A stretch of 34,328 nt of DNA from an uncultured virus (IMG/VR IMGVR_UViG_3300002460_000002) (taxonomy: Duplodnaviria > Heunggongvirae > Uroviricota > Caudoviricetes): positions 62,001 to 96,328 of the IMG/VR virus record IMGVR_UViG_3300002460_000002; one strand, given 5' to 3'. The position numbers were made by a program, and so were the translations under genes. Shown here piece by piece: positions 25,106-34,328 of this stretch. Numbering within the stretch: the stretch's first letter is position 1; each line of letters starts with the position of its first letter. The notes below the pieces were generated by a model. The model ran no database searches. It was not told where the DNA came from and worked only from the letters and a program-made list of their open reading frames with translations.

Positions 25106-25452
25106 TACTGACCAAGCAAGGTATCCGAGATCTCGACAAGATGGTGCCGCGTGCGGCACCGGTGCCGATCAACCACACCTGCCGGCAGTGGCGCTGGTTC
25201 AACCCTCCGAAGAGCACATCGGTCGTGATCGACGGCGAAGAGGAAATTCAGGAAGCCGCGCCGGAGATCCGGTGCGTGATCTGCAAGAAGCTCTGGCACG
25301 GGAACGAGAAAGCACCGGTCGTGCCCCAGGTCGCGTCGCTGGAGAAGATCGCGCCGGGGTTGAAGAAGATCATGAAGGGGAAGAAACCGAAGGACGAAGA
25401 GGCGCTCACGAAACCCACGCTCAAGGGCGACCTCACGAACGCGCACCACTAG
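25102..25452 (+). CDS. Hypothetical protein
   Basis: MILTKQGIRD from ATG 25102. HTC...RCVIC. Confidence 0.55.
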   Translation: MILTKQGIRDLDKMVPRAAPVPINHTCRQWRWFNPPKSTSVVIDGEEEIQEAAPEIRCVICKKLWHGNEKAPVVPQVASLEKIAPGLKKIMKGKKPKDEEALTKPTLKGDLTNAHH

Positions 25453-25506
25453 ACGTGGCCAAGCACTGCTTGCCCACCGTAGCCCATCTGCGGTATCCTG
25501 CCCTTG

Positions 25507-25917
25507 ATGCCTGAACGTGGCTCCGTTCCGACACCGATCTTAGACTCGCCGTCAGCCGCCATCAATCTAGGTCTCGGCGGTGATCTACGCGACGCAATGA
25601 TCAAGCACGTTGAAGACGACTACCGGCTTCATGTCAGTATGCTCAAGCGTTTCGGCAAGTTAGACAACCTCCGGTACTACGCGATGGGGATCATCGCCGC
25701 TCTCGGGGCTCTCGTCGGTGTGGCGATCTTGTGGGGTCCCTGGGTCCTGAAACTCGCCGTCAAGGATGTAGTTGAGCCGGTCGTGCAGGAGCGCTCCCGC
25801 AGCGATAGAGACTACATCGGCGCCCGGCTGGATGCGTTCAAGGCTTCAGTCGATCAATCTGTCAAACTGCACGAAACACGAATCGAAAAGCTAGAAACTC
25901 GACGGCCGCCACGGTAA
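25507..25917 (+). CDS. Single-TM membrane protein with coiled-coil tail
   Basis: TM segment YYAMGIIAALGALVGVAILWGPWVL. TATCCT -10 at 25494-25499. Confidence 0.65.
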   Translation: MPERGSVPTPILDSPSAAINLGLGGDLRDAMIKHVEDDYRLHVSMLKRFGKLDNLRYYAMGIIAALGALVGVAILWGPWVLKLAVKDVVEPVVQERSRSDRDYIGARLDAFKASVDQSVKLHETRIEKLETRRPPR

Positions 25918-26150
25918 TGCCGTCTGAGGAAGTCTTCAGGGCCCGCAAGTACACGCGCGTGGAACTGCGGCAGAAGGACGGGGAATTGGCCTGTGTGGTC
26001 TGGGTTCCACCAACCAAACACCCTCCTGACCTCTTGCAGTGGACAGATCGCCTGTTCATGAAAGAGTCACCAACCTGGTACCGGGAAGCTTCAGTGCACA
26101 AGGTCATATTCGAGGACGACACGCCTCCACCGGTGAGCGACGCGGGCTAG
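25917..26150 (+). CDS. Hypothetical protein
   Basis: TAATG-coupled 77-aa ORF. Confidence 0.55.
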   Translation: MPSEEVFRARKYTRVELRQKDGELACVVWVPPTKHPPDLLQWTDRLFMKESPTWYREASVHKVIFEDDTPPPVSDAG

Positions 26151-26692
26151 GGCTTCTTTTTCGGCGCGAACTTCTCGGCCAGGTCCGCCAGCCGGCCGCG
26201 CTTCGGTTTCGGAACTTCCGAGACGATTTCGGGCTCTGGTGAGGCGATCTGAGGCTCTGGTGAAACGATCGGCACCTCCACTGGTACGGGTGGGTCTACC
26301 GGCACCGGTGCGGCCTCCTCAGCCAGTGCGGCCAAGACACCGGGCTGCGGCGGGATTTCCTGCAGCTTCTCGTGAACTTCGATCGGCTCGGGAGTCGGAA
26401 GCTCTACCGGTACCGGCAGTGCGATGACGTCTGGTGCGGGCTTTTGCGCAGGTTTTAGAGAAGCAAAAAACAAGGAGACTCGGTACGCCGACGGCGGCGC
26501 GTAGAGCGACCGCGGTGATCGGGTTTTACGCAGGTACTGCAGCGAACCCGCCTGAAGTCTCTGGGGGCCCGTAAAATATTGAAGGCGTGTGGCAGGCGCC
26601 CCAGACGGTACGATAAAACCCTGCGTGGCGATCGAAAGTGGAACGGCGGGTACGAACCCATCGGTAGCTATGGCAAGGGGGGAGACGCTCAC
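26147..26692 (-). CDS. Pro-rich hypothetical (putative virion) protein
   Basis: Duplicated PL(A/S)IATxGF at the N-terminus, P/E-rich tail. Confidence 0.6.
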   Translation of the reverse strand: MSVSPLAIATDGFVPAVPLSIATQGFIVPSGAPATRLQYFTGPQRLQAGSLQYLRKTRSPRSLYAPPSAYRVSLFFASLKPAQKPAPDVIALPVPVELPTPEPIEVHEKLQEIPPQPGVLAALAEEAAPVPVDPPVPVEVPIVSPEPQIASPEPEIVSEVPKPKRGRLADLAEKFAPKKKP

Positions 26693-27291
26693 GGCTGTCT
26701 CGTGACGGTAACGGTGCCGGCAGCGTCAACAATTGTTTGACTGACTTCTGCGCCCGCCGTTCGCGCTGTTGCGCTGACAACCAATGGCTTGGTGGGGTCC
26801 AATCCCATGAGTCTGTACAGCTCCAACAACCGCAAATCAACGCTACCGGAAGCAGGCGAACCGGCGGATGCAGCAAGTTTCATCGCGTCTCGGATCTGCT
26901 GTTGGGTGGGGGCGACGGTACCTCCCGTTGCCACCGTGATCGCCTGCACGGGCTGTTGGTAGAGGATCCTGACGATGAACGCCCCCAGCGTATCGACGAA
27001 CGGATCCCCGCCACCGTCCACCAACAAAATTCCGGTCGTGATGTTTAGTGTGTGCGAGGCTTCTTGCGGCCGGACTCGCCAGCCGTTGAGCAAGAATAGG
27101 TAGGGCGGAATCTTGGTGCCGGCTCCGGTATCAATATCGTCGCCGCCGACTGAGTTGAAGGCCGGTAGAAACTGTGCGTTTCCTGTTGTCACCCAATCTT
27201 TCCAGCGAGAGAACATGTCGCGCACGTCGACAGTCGTCGTCCCTGATGTGAGGATGATGAGCTTGTTTGGACCATCAAAAGTAAAGGCCAT
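26689..27291 (-). CDS. Putative virion structural protein
   Basis: MAFTFDGPNKLIIL...DMFSRWKDW...LLNGWRVRP. Part of the structural-like run. Confidence 0.65.
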   Translation of the reverse strand: MAFTFDGPNKLIILTSGTTTVDVRDMFSRWKDWVTTGNAQFLPAFNSVGGDDIDTGAGTKIPPYLFLLNGWRVRPQEASHTLNITTGILLVDGGGDPFVDTLGAFIVRILYQQPVQAITVATGGTVAPTQQQIRDAMKLAASAGSPASGSVDLRLLELYRLMGLDPTKPLVVSATARTAGAEVSQTIVDAAGTVTVTRQP

Positions 27292-27303
27292 GGGCGGTGC
27301 GTG

Positions 27304-28845
27304 CTACGGATTTAAGTACTGTCTATCCACCTGTTGACTGATCGGGAGGGCGGTGTCCGAAGTCGTGCTGAAATTCAGCAACCTCATGTTCTGGTAGCCG
27401 AGCGACAAGAGCGCGATGTCGATGGCCGTTCCAGAGGAAACGCTGAACTGATAGCTGCCTGTCGTCACGTTCTCTTGGCCATTCAGCTCTGTGGTTGTTC
27501 CCTGAGCATAGACTCTGACCTCGGTGGGGTTTTTGAGACCCGTCAGCGTGATGCTGACGTTGCTGTTCACAACCGTGCTGGCACCAGATCCGTTTCGGAT
27601 GGTGGGGGTGCCGCCACCGCTCGTGACGTTGATGGTCACGAGACCGCCGCTGTTGTTGTAGATGGCCTCGTTTCCGGTTGAGCCGTCAACCGTCGCGTAC
27701 CCGGTGAAAAGATTGCCGGGGAAAGTGTAGGTACCGGGAGTGGTCAGTTCGAGGGCGTGCTTGGTGCCTGATGAGACGAACTGGCAGCTTGAAATTTTTG
27801 ATGGGTCATCGCTGATCATGGCCTTGACGGAATCCGCCGTACTGTCGACGATGCACTTAGAGAACGTCGCTCCGGCCTGTGTTATGAGTTGGCACCGTCG
27901 GTACGTGGTGGTGGTGATGGTGGACGCCGCCAGGTACCCGAAGGTGCCCATGTCGGTGAAGACACACCCGATCTTGTTGATCGTGGCGTTGTTCGTCGCG
28001 ATGAAGTTTCCACGCGCAGTGGTGCCGAGGGCCGTGATGGTGATGTTGGTCCAGTCGACCCGACTACTGGCGTTGCGGACCTCGAACAGGTTGAAGGATG
28101 AGATGACCTTCTGGGTGTCGGCGATGGCGATGATCCTATTGGAGTCTCGGAAGTCCACGATCGTCCCGGCAACCCCCATCAGGAAGTGCCCCTGTTGCAG
28201 ATACAGTCCTCCTTGGATCTGCTGGAAGAGACCCCAGCGGTTCGTCGTGCTGTTGGCGACAGCTTCGGCACCGGCGAACGTCGCGTAGTTGCTCGCCTCC
28301 CCTTCCACGCTCTGGAGTGTTCCGCGGCCGTACCTGATGGCGTCGATACCGTAAGGATTTCCTTTACCGATGGCAGAGCCGGACTTGATGCGGGCCAGAG
28401 ATCCAAAATACTGCAAGGTCGCCGACGGAGAGCCCACGGTGGCGTCGGCTGCCTGGGCGGCCGGGTCGAGCGGCATGCATATCCAAGCATCGAAAGGCTT
28501 GATGGTGTCGCCACCCTTGACGTACCAGACGTTGTAGGCGGTGGTGCTGCTGCCGATGATCATACGCAAACCGCCGTTGGCCTGCGTCTCCAGGGCGCCA
28601 GGCCCCCAGAAGTTCAACCAGGCGAAGTAGGCGCCGGGGCTCGGAATGGTGAGCCCTGAGCCTGCATTGCAGATGGCACCGCGGGTGGCATCCCCGGTCC
28701 AACCGGGTTTCGAGATGCAGATTCCGTTCTGGCAGAAGAAGTCGGTCTCGGCAGCGAGAGCGCCAGTACCAATGTTCGTCCAGTTCGTCGTTGCCTGCGC
28801 GAGGTCGATATCAACGAGGTCGGTTGTGTAGGCAGGCGCCGTCAT
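27304..28845 (-). CDS. Putative virion structural protein with beta-helix-like C-terminal half (513 aa)
   Basis: T/G/S/N-rich, repetitive beta pattern. Ends DRQYLNP. Confidence 0.65.
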   Translation of the reverse strand: MTAPAYTTDLVDIDLAQATTNWTNIGTGALAAETDFFCQNGICISKPGWTGDATRGAICNAGSGLTIPSPGAYFAWLNFWGPGALETQANGGLRMIIGSSTTAYNVWYVKGGDTIKPFDAWICMPLDPAAQAADATVGSPSATLQYFGSLARIKSGSAIGKGNPYGIDAIRYGRGTLQSVEGEASNYATFAGAEAVANSTTNRWGLFQQIQGGLYLQQGHFLMGVAGTIVDFRDSNRIIAIADTQKVISSFNLFEVRNASSRVDWTNITITALGTTARGNFIATNNATINKIGCVFTDMGTFGYLAASTITTTTYRRCQLITQAGATFSKCIVDSTADSVKAMISDDPSKISSCQFVSSGTKHALELTTPGTYTFPGNLFTGYATVDGSTGNEAIYNNSGGLVTINVTSGGGTPTIRNGSGASTVVNSNVSITLTGLKNPTEVRVYAQGTTTELNGQENVTTGSYQFSVSSGTAIDIALLSLGYQNMRLLNFSTTSDTALPISQQVDRQYLNP

Positions 28846-28857
28846 GGCACGCCCTCA

Positions 28858-30750
28858 TTATGGATTGGCGTAATTTCGTTCGAGCGGGGCAACGAGCGAA
28901 ACGGCGTTCGATGTGGACCTCTCTATCAGTCCTGTCGCGCGAACGTACTGTCCTGTGATCAAACCGATGGCTACAACCGTGATGTCAGCGTCGGTGCCGG
29001 GCGTGCGACCACCCTGACTATTACCATCGTAGTTGAAAGTCTTCTGGATGCTCCCGGCACCCGAAACAGTACCGGTCATATCGGCCCCGGCGTTGTCATC
29101 TACGATCACCGCGTTGACCTCGCCCCAGTCGTTGTCGGCCCCTGGAAGAGTCGTGAAGTAGACCCAGTACTTCGCGCTGGCATCAGCCACGAGGTTGGCG
29201 CCGAACTGCAAGTTCAGAACCGCGACGAACGGGAAGGTTCTGCTGGTATTCGTGTTGTCGTAGAACGTGAGACGGTTGGTATCCCCGCTCTCAAAGCCTT
29301 CGACGACAACGCCGCTTCCGCCGCCATTTGGATTTGTAGGCTGAGTACCGGAAGCAGCGCGGCCCAGAATCAGCGTGTCACCAACGAAGTTCATCAACTG
29401 ATCGGCAACCTTGCCGGTCACGCTCTGGTCTGTTGAATCGATGTCGGCTGCTTGCCGCAGGAGATACTGGATCTTGGTGTATATCTTCTCGGCACTGGCC
29501 GGGACCGCAACCGGCGGGTAGATCGTGAATGACTGGTTGGATAGGGCGTTCGCGAACGTCGTCGTGATCGTGACTACGGTCGCGGTAGGGTTGCCGCTGA
29601 TCACATACGTGCCCGCGTTGGCACCTTCGTGGATGATCAGTGTACCGCCCGCGAGCGGGTTGTTCTCGGTGGGTATTCCACCCTCGGCCGTCGTCAAAGT
29701 ACTGCCTGCGGCCGAGGTGGAGCCGTCGACACCCGAGTGGGTTCCCACGTCCACCACGATTCCGAAGTTGCGATCGGTGCCAGAATCGATGTCGCGCGAG
29801 AAGTTTTGATCGAAGTACCTGACCAGGATGAGGCTGTAGATCGTACCGACCGTTCCGCCGCTCGTGTAGGCTCCCGGATCGCTCGTGATGGGAATCGTAA
29901 AAGTGTCCGTATCGCTGACCGTCGCAACGCCGCGCACGTTGTAGCCCGTCGGAGTGACGCCTGTGATCCTGACGTAGTCTCCGGATGTCAACCCGTGAAC
30001 GGCGCCGGTGTTGATCGTTGCGACACCGGCGGCCCACGAGGCACTTGTGATCGCGACAGCTGCCGCAACGTAGGCGTCCGTGTCTTCAATCTTGAGATCT
30101 GTCCCTGTCGAAGCGTCGAGGCCGAAGGTCTTCGGAGCCGTCAGTGTGGATTCGCCGTTGGCCAACGTACTCGACAGCGAGTAGATCTGACCTTGCTCAC
30201 GATTGAACACCTTGATGTTCGTGACCCTGGAGAAACCGTCGGCGTAGTTTCCGTCTCCGTTCGGATCTGAGATGACCTGTACGGCTTGGTTGGCTGGCCC
30301 CGCCAGGACGAAGTTCGTCGCAGTACCCACCCCGCTGGCGCCATCAAGCTGGTAATAGAGCTGATCGTTGCTCTCTGTCGTACCCGTGGTCTTGATCCCG
30401 GCCCAGTGCTGCGTGACGTTGCTGCTCCCGTTTCGCACGAGCCATCCGGCGTTTCGGATTAGGTTGCGCCCGGTGTCGTTGAAGAAGTCCCACCCTTCGA
30501 CGAATTCGTAGAACTCGTCCGTGATCGGGACCATCGGAAACGGGAACGCCGCCAGGTTCTTCGTGTTCGGGTCGTTTTTCCATTCCTCTTTGAGAAACGA
30601 ATACAACGCCTTGAGCGTCACGCCGTCCGTCGAGAGGTTGCCGACGATGACCAACTTGACCGTCTTGGTCGCGGTGTTGATGTAGACCTCTTGTGAGCCG
30701 TCATCGGCGGCGGAGTCTTCTAGAAGGTCCGGATCTGTAATAAGCGCCAT
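28858..30750 (-). CDS. Putative virion structural protein (630 aa) with inserted beta-barrel (E1-FCCH-like) module
   Basis: ATINTGAVHGLTSGDYVRITGVTPTGYN motif seen in phage structural proteins. Ends ERNYANP. GGGAAGG RBS. Confidence 0.7.
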   Translation of the reverse strand: MALITDPDLLEDSAADDGSQEVYINTATKTVKLVIVGNLSTDGVTLKALYSFLKEEWKNDPNTKNLAAFPFPMVPITDEFYEFVEGWDFFNDTGRNLIRNAGWLVRNGSSNVTQHWAGIKTTGTTESNDQLYYQLDGASGVGTATNFVLAGPANQAVQVISDPNGDGNYADGFSRVTNIKVFNREQGQIYSLSSTLANGESTLTAPKTFGLDASTGTDLKIEDTDAYVAAAVAITSASWAAGVATINTGAVHGLTSGDYVRITGVTPTGYNVRGVATVSDTDTFTIPITSDPGAYTSGGTVGTIYSLILVRYFDQNFSRDIDSGTDRNFGIVVDVGTHSGVDGSTSAAGSTLTTAEGGIPTENNPLAGGTLIIHEGANAGTYVISGNPTATVVTITTTFANALSNQSFTIYPPVAVPASAEKIYTKIQYLLRQAADIDSTDQSVTGKVADQLMNFVGDTLILGRAASGTQPTNPNGGGSGVVVEGFESGDTNRLTFYDNTNTSRTFPFVAVLNLQFGANLVADASAKYWVYFTTLPGADNDWGEVNAVIVDDNAGADMTGTVSGAGSIQKTFNYDGNSQGGRTPGTDADITVVAIGLITGQYVRATGLIERSTSNAVSLVAPLERNYANP

Positions 30751-30821
30751 TTTTGCCTTCCCGAAGCTGGGTTCCGTCCGAGCGTAACACAGCCCTGGAC
30801 GTAGGTGGTATGCTGCCCTTT

Positions 30822-31238
30822 ATGGCCGATGGAGACAAGAATTCAGCGCTCAACACGCTGATCATCGTGCTGGGCGTCCTGGGTGGTGTCGCGCTCGGCG
30901 CCCTCATCTTGCGCTGGGCGTACCAGATGAGCCAAGGAGTTGCCGTGGCCCCGATGAAAGGTGCAGGGCAGCAGGTCGCGGGGCCGATCGCGTACCACGT
31001 ACAGGAAGCTAGGAGGTACTTGGCCGCGGCACAAGGAAGTCCGTCCCCGACCATCGGCCTGACACATGCCTCGTACGCACTCACGCACTTGAACGCGCTT
31101 GAGCACCTGGGTGCGGGGATCCCGCGGCTCAAGGACCAGGCGCTCACGCTGCAGGACAGGTTCGCGGACGCGTTGACGCTGCAAGATCCAACGCTCGGGC
31201 AGATGATGACGCCGGGCACGTCGCCGAGGATGAACTAA
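30822..31238 (+). CDS. Single-TM membrane protein
   Basis: Start ATG 30822 (MADGDKNS), 7 nt after TGgTATGCT. TM segment LIIVLGVLGGVALGALIL. Confidence 0.65.
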   Translation: MADGDKNSALNTLIIVLGVLGGVALGALILRWAYQMSQGVAVAPMKGAGQQVAGPIAYHVQEARRYLAAAQGSPSPTIGLTHASYALTHLNALEHLGAGIPRLKDQALTLQDRFADALTLQDPTLGQMMTPGTSPRMN

Positions 31239-31242
31239 ATCA

Positions 31243-31791
31243 TCACACCCACTTGAATACAACAAATTCTGACCCGGCACCAAGACCGAGAGCGAATTCG
31301 GCAGCGATGACCAGCGACGACACCGGTGTGGTCGTATCAATCCACATCCCAGCAAATTGATTCAACGCCGTCGATGTAGCTGAGGTTTCTTGTTGAGATT
31401 GCGCATTCGTCCCACGCCGAAAACCCGATTTAGCGAAAAAGTCCACGTTGAAGTGCATGACTAAACCATTACCAACAGAACCAATCGCCATTCCCAAAGT
31501 AGCGCCTTCATTCGCCGCAACAACACCGACGTTGCCTTGTAGGTACTGTCGCCGCTGATTCGCGGTGATTCCGTTCGGGCGCAAGTAAATCTCAGGATTT
31601 CCTGCGCTGCCTCCCTCAACTACAAGTCCTTTGACTGTGTAACCAAGGTCTGTCTCACCATCCAACCCGTCGGCGATAACAAGAGTTTGTTGAGAAGCGC
31701 CCGTCAGGATAGTGCGCCGTACAAACTTCATGCCCGGTGGTAAACCACTGGCACCAAACCATCCAGACGGTACCGATCCTGCGCCGATCAT
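31243..31791 (-). CDS. Putative beta-sandwich virion/receptor-binding protein
   Basis: Start ATG 31791 (MIGAGSVP). C-terminal 'GMWIDTTTPVSSLVIA...GAGSEFVVF' resembles phage fibre tip domains. Locally lower GC. Confidence 0.6.
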   Translation of the reverse strand: MIGAGSVPSGWFGASGLPPGMKFVRRTILTGASQQTLVIADGLDGETDLGYTVKGLVVEGGSAGNPEIYLRPNGITANQRRQYLQGNVGVVAANEGATLGMAIGSVGNGLVMHFNVDFFAKSGFRRGTNAQSQQETSATSTALNQFAGMWIDTTTPVSSLVIAAEFALGLGAGSEFVVFKWV

Positions 31792-31970
31792 CGCCCGCAA
31801 CCCTTCCCACGCACCCGCCGCACCGGCGGCGGCCGGCCGAGCCCGGGACGCTTCACGCTCTTTTTCCCGCTCGACGCCGCAACACCAATCAAGGCGCCGA
31901 AAAACCCAAGTGCGGCCAGGCCCCCTGCGACAACGGCACCGGTGTTGGTTTTTTTCTCCGGCAGCGCCAT
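31788..31970 (-). CDS. Small single-TM protein with basic tail
   Basis: MALPEKKTNTGAVVAGGLAALGFFGALIGVAA. Confidence 0.6.
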   Translation of the reverse strand: MALPEKKTNTGAVVAGGLAALGFFGALIGVAASSGKKSVKRPGLGRPPPVRRVRGKGCGR

Positions 31971-32740
31971 CAGTCGCCCCTCCGTAAGGCTCGCGCGAGT
32001 CCGTAACCACCAAGGCCACCGACGCCGAGTACCAGAGCCCACAGGCCCCAAGACGAAGACGCCTTCGGTGCTTCACCGACGATGCCCTTGCAGGCTTGCA
32101 CAGCGGCACCCGTCGACAACTTTCGATCTTTCATCATCCGCTCGACGCAATCCAGCTGCGTCGCCACCCACACGGCTTGAGCCTTCGCCGTCTCTACGGC
32201 CGCGAGAGGCCAGTTCTTGATGACCACGTACGCAAGCGACACCGTGGTTGCGCCAATCACGACGGCGATGGCGATCCAGATGAGAGGCGCAATACCAAAC
32301 TGACCCAGCGTCGGTCCGTGCAAAGATCCCGACATCGGAGCGTTGCTCGGACATCCAACCACGTTGTACACCGCCGGAATCAACGGTCGATTCCTCTTGG
32401 TCGTGGACATGACCGATCCGTCCGGGTTGTACATGTACTGCACGATTTCGTACTTCTGATTCTGCGCGAGGATCTGATCGAAAACAGATTGCGCGGCTTT
32501 CTGGTACGCCTTCACGCCCTCGTTGTGGTGTGTCTGGACATCACACGGAATGGCCGCGCCGTACACACGATCGATGCGCGAAGCTTGCGCCTGGAGCACC
32601 CGATACATCTCCGTGATCTGTGCGATGGCTGCGTCCCCGCGGACAGCGCCTGGCGGAAGCGTCGGCAACATCGGCGAAGTCCCGCTCGCGCCTTCGGCGC
32701 CGTCCCCCGCTGCGCTCAGGTATGACGTCAGGATCGTCAT
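31970..32740 (-). CDS. Two-TM membrane protein
   Basis: IAPLIWIAIAVVIGATTVSLAYVVI and WGLWALVLGVGGLGGYGLA. Confidence 0.75.
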   Translation of the reverse strand: MTILTSYLSAAGDGAEGASGTSPMLPTLPPGAVRGDAAIAQITEMYRVLQAQASRIDRVYGAAIPCDVQTHHNEGVKAYQKAAQSVFDQILAQNQKYEIVQYMYNPDGSVMSTTKRNRPLIPAVYNVVGCPSNAPMSGSLHGPTLGQFGIAPLIWIAIAVVIGATTVSLAYVVIKNWPLAAVETAKAQAVWVATQLDCVERMMKDRKLSTGAAVQACKGIVGEAPKASSSWGLWALVLGVGGLGGYGLARALRRGD

Positions 32741-32746
32741 CCCGGA

Positions 32747-33241
32747 TCACGCTTTCGTTAGAGCTGCCCCGCGGCCGATCATGAGCGACGAGAATGCACC
32801 GGTGGCGGCCCCGAGCCCAGCGCCAATCGCACCGTCGCGCGCGCGGCTCCCACGAGACGAGAGTACGGCACCGAACAGCGCCCCAAGTAGACTTCCGCCG
32901 ATGATCCCGAAGAAAAAGAACTTCATGAGCGTGGTCTCTTCAGACGGCGTCGCGCCCCCGAAGAAGCCGGTCGGGATCTTCACCAGGCGTCCATCGCGCT
33001 CGAACATCATGCCGTGCGGGGCGATGGTGGGATTCCCCCCCGGCTCTGTGTCCGGCACGCTCGGGCCCGCGGTGTACCTGACCCGACGTGGACTCGGTTG
33101 TCCGGGGTAGCCTGGAGACCCGCCGTTTGAATACCGGCGAAAATACCCGCTACCNCCCTCCGCGGGGTTGCGCGGAATCGGCTGGAACGCGCGCGGTCCG
33201 CCACCGAAACCACTACCTGCGAGAGGATGACCGATAGCCAT
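32747..33241 (-). CDS. Gly/Pro-rich membrane protein with Gly-zipper TM pair
   Basis: FFFFGIIGGSLLGALFGAVL and GAIGAGLGAATGAFSSL. One ambiguous base (n) at 33155. Confidence 0.7.
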   Translation of the reverse strand: MAIGHPLAGSGFGGGPRAFQPIPRNPAEXGSGYFRRYSNGGSPGYPGQPSPRRVRYTAGPSVPDTEPGGNPTIAPHGMMFERDGRLVKIPTGFFGGATPSEETTLMKFFFFGIIGGSLLGALFGAVLSSRGSRARDGAIGAGLGAATGAFSSLMIGRGAALTKA

Positions 33242-33244
33242 TTA

Positions 33245-33721
33245 CTACCCCGCCTTCGACTGATCGTCTTCGTCTCGATCCATCACACAGAGCGACAGAC
33301 GAAACTTCCTCGCCGCAACACCGGTCGCGTTCTTGACCCGAATGGTCGGGGCACCACCCGGATCCTGGAACGTGGCATCGCCCTGTGTCGTGACACCGGC
33401 CGCGGTCGAGAACACGTTACCGACCAGCGACCGCGAGAACTGCACATTCGGAAGTGCGACCGCCGTGGTTGCGCTGTTGATCGACAGCAACGCGGCAGAG
33501 AATCCCAGCCGTAGGCGCGGCACGAAACCGGTCGCCGGCACCACCGCCGAGCCGGCCTTGATCGGCACCCGGATCGGCCGATTGCGCCACTCGCTGTAGA
33601 ATCCATCCGCTCCGACAGCCACGGGAGCCGCGGCCACGGAAGGGTTGAAGTTTTCCACGGGGATGTCGACGTCGGTCGTCCCGTTGCTCGGCATCACAAA
33701 GTCATAGGTGCGACTCAGCAT
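33245..33721 (-). CDS. Beta-rich hypothetical (putative virion) protein
   Basis: 158-aa, predominantly beta-pattern ORF. TGgTATAAT lies 9 nt upstream. Confidence 0.65.
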   Translation of the reverse strand: MLSRTYDFVMPSNGTTDVDIPVENFNPSVAAAPVAVGADGFYSEWRNRPIRVPIKAGSAVVPATGFVPRLRLGFSAALLSINSATTAVALPNVQFSRSLVGNVFSTAAGVTTQGDATFQDPGGAPTIRVKNATGVAARKFRLSLCVMDRDEDDQSKAG

Positions 33722-33730
33722 GACAGTGAG

Positions 33731-33739
33731 ATTATACCA
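33731..33739 (-). promoter_or_regulatory. Extended -10 promoter TGgTATAAT
   Basis: Consensus TATAAT (33736-33731, - strand) overlaps the SLT stop codon, 9 nt before ATG 33721. Confidence 0.55.
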
Positions 33740-34328
33740 AGGCCGAGGTTTCGGCTATAGCCCTGTTCCAGGGGTTCACAATCAACGTCGTTGCCTGGGA
33801 GTTGCCGATGGCCGGGTTACCGCCCCGGGCGAGGGTCACCTTCAACGCCGGGCTCCAGTAGGCCAGCCTCGTCAACAACCCGAGGTCTGCCGGCGGTCGT
33901 CGTCCCCCCAGAGCGGCGATCACACCGTCGTAGGCCTTCCGCATCAACAACGTCCCTACCATGATGTTGGTGTTCGGGTCGAAGAGATCTTTCGGCGTCA
34001 GGCCCAAACTCTTCACCAGCGGCCCGTTCGCATCGGGGGCGGTGTTGATCTGCATGAGACCGATGGACCGGCCTTGATCACCGGTGATGTTTGGGTTTCC
34101 GCCGGATTCAACCTTGATGGTGGTCAGCACCCACAGTAGGGGTAGACCTCGTGCTTTTGCCCACTTTGCCGCCAGCGCCGCAACCGTGCTCGAGATCCCT
34201 TTCGGCACCTTCACCGTACGTGTCGTTGACGCGCTCGCGGAGCGCACCACGACCATCAGCAGCCCCGCGGCGACGACAACCGCCCCGATGGCGACTACAG
34301 CGCCCAGGCGCGCTCGCGGTCGCCGATG
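33732..34328 (-). CDS. Membrane-anchored lytic transglycosylase (SLT/lysozyme-like); 5' end outside the window
   Basis: IKVESGGNP (catalytic E), GLMQI, LFDPNTNIMVG, LAY. The frame stays open to 34328 and adds a TM segment LGAVVAIGAVVVAAGLLMVVV. Confidence 0.9.
   Translation of the reverse strand, partial: HRRPRARLGAVVAIGAVVVAAGLLMVVVRSASASTTRTVKVPKGISSTVAALAAKWAKARGLPLLWVLTTIKVESGGNPNITGDQGRSIGLMQINTAPDANGPLVKSLGLTPKDLFDPNTNIMVGTLLMRKAYDGVIAALGGRRPPADLGLLTRLAYWSPALKVTLARGGNPAIGNSQATTLIVNPWNRAIAETSALV

Noticed and set aside
33155..33155. Ambiguous base n in a CDS
   Set aside because: Sequencing or assembly ambiguity. The frame is preserved.

Overview
GC-rich, densely coding fragment that looks like a bacteriophage or prophage genome. 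It contains no host housekeeping operons, rRNA, tRNA or canonical CRISPR array. The left part carries a partial RadC/JAB gene, a peptide deformylase, two paralogous fibre/spike-like proteins with a near-identical 384-bp 5' end, a dual-specificity phosphatase and small membrane proteins. A divergent control region at ~12880-13018 separates a leftward operon, led by an RHH-like regulator, from a long rightward early/accessory operon. That operon includes an adenine MTase, a C5 MTase with a second overlapping frame, a tyrosine recombinase and many small hypotheticals. The right end is a leftward virion-like module with several membrane proteins and a membrane-anchored lytic transglycosylase. The standout is 19196-21183: a solitary RAMP/Cas7-like gene, then a ~410-nt non-coding array, then a ParB-like gene. 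The array has six units, each ending in GCAAAGG(A/T)AATTTTT and each built from strictly 5-nt-periodic GY-NNN pentamers. It looks like a VIPR-like, non-CRISPR RNA-guided system with a degenerate (NGY rather than GGY) code. All calls come from manual motif reading; no database searches were run.
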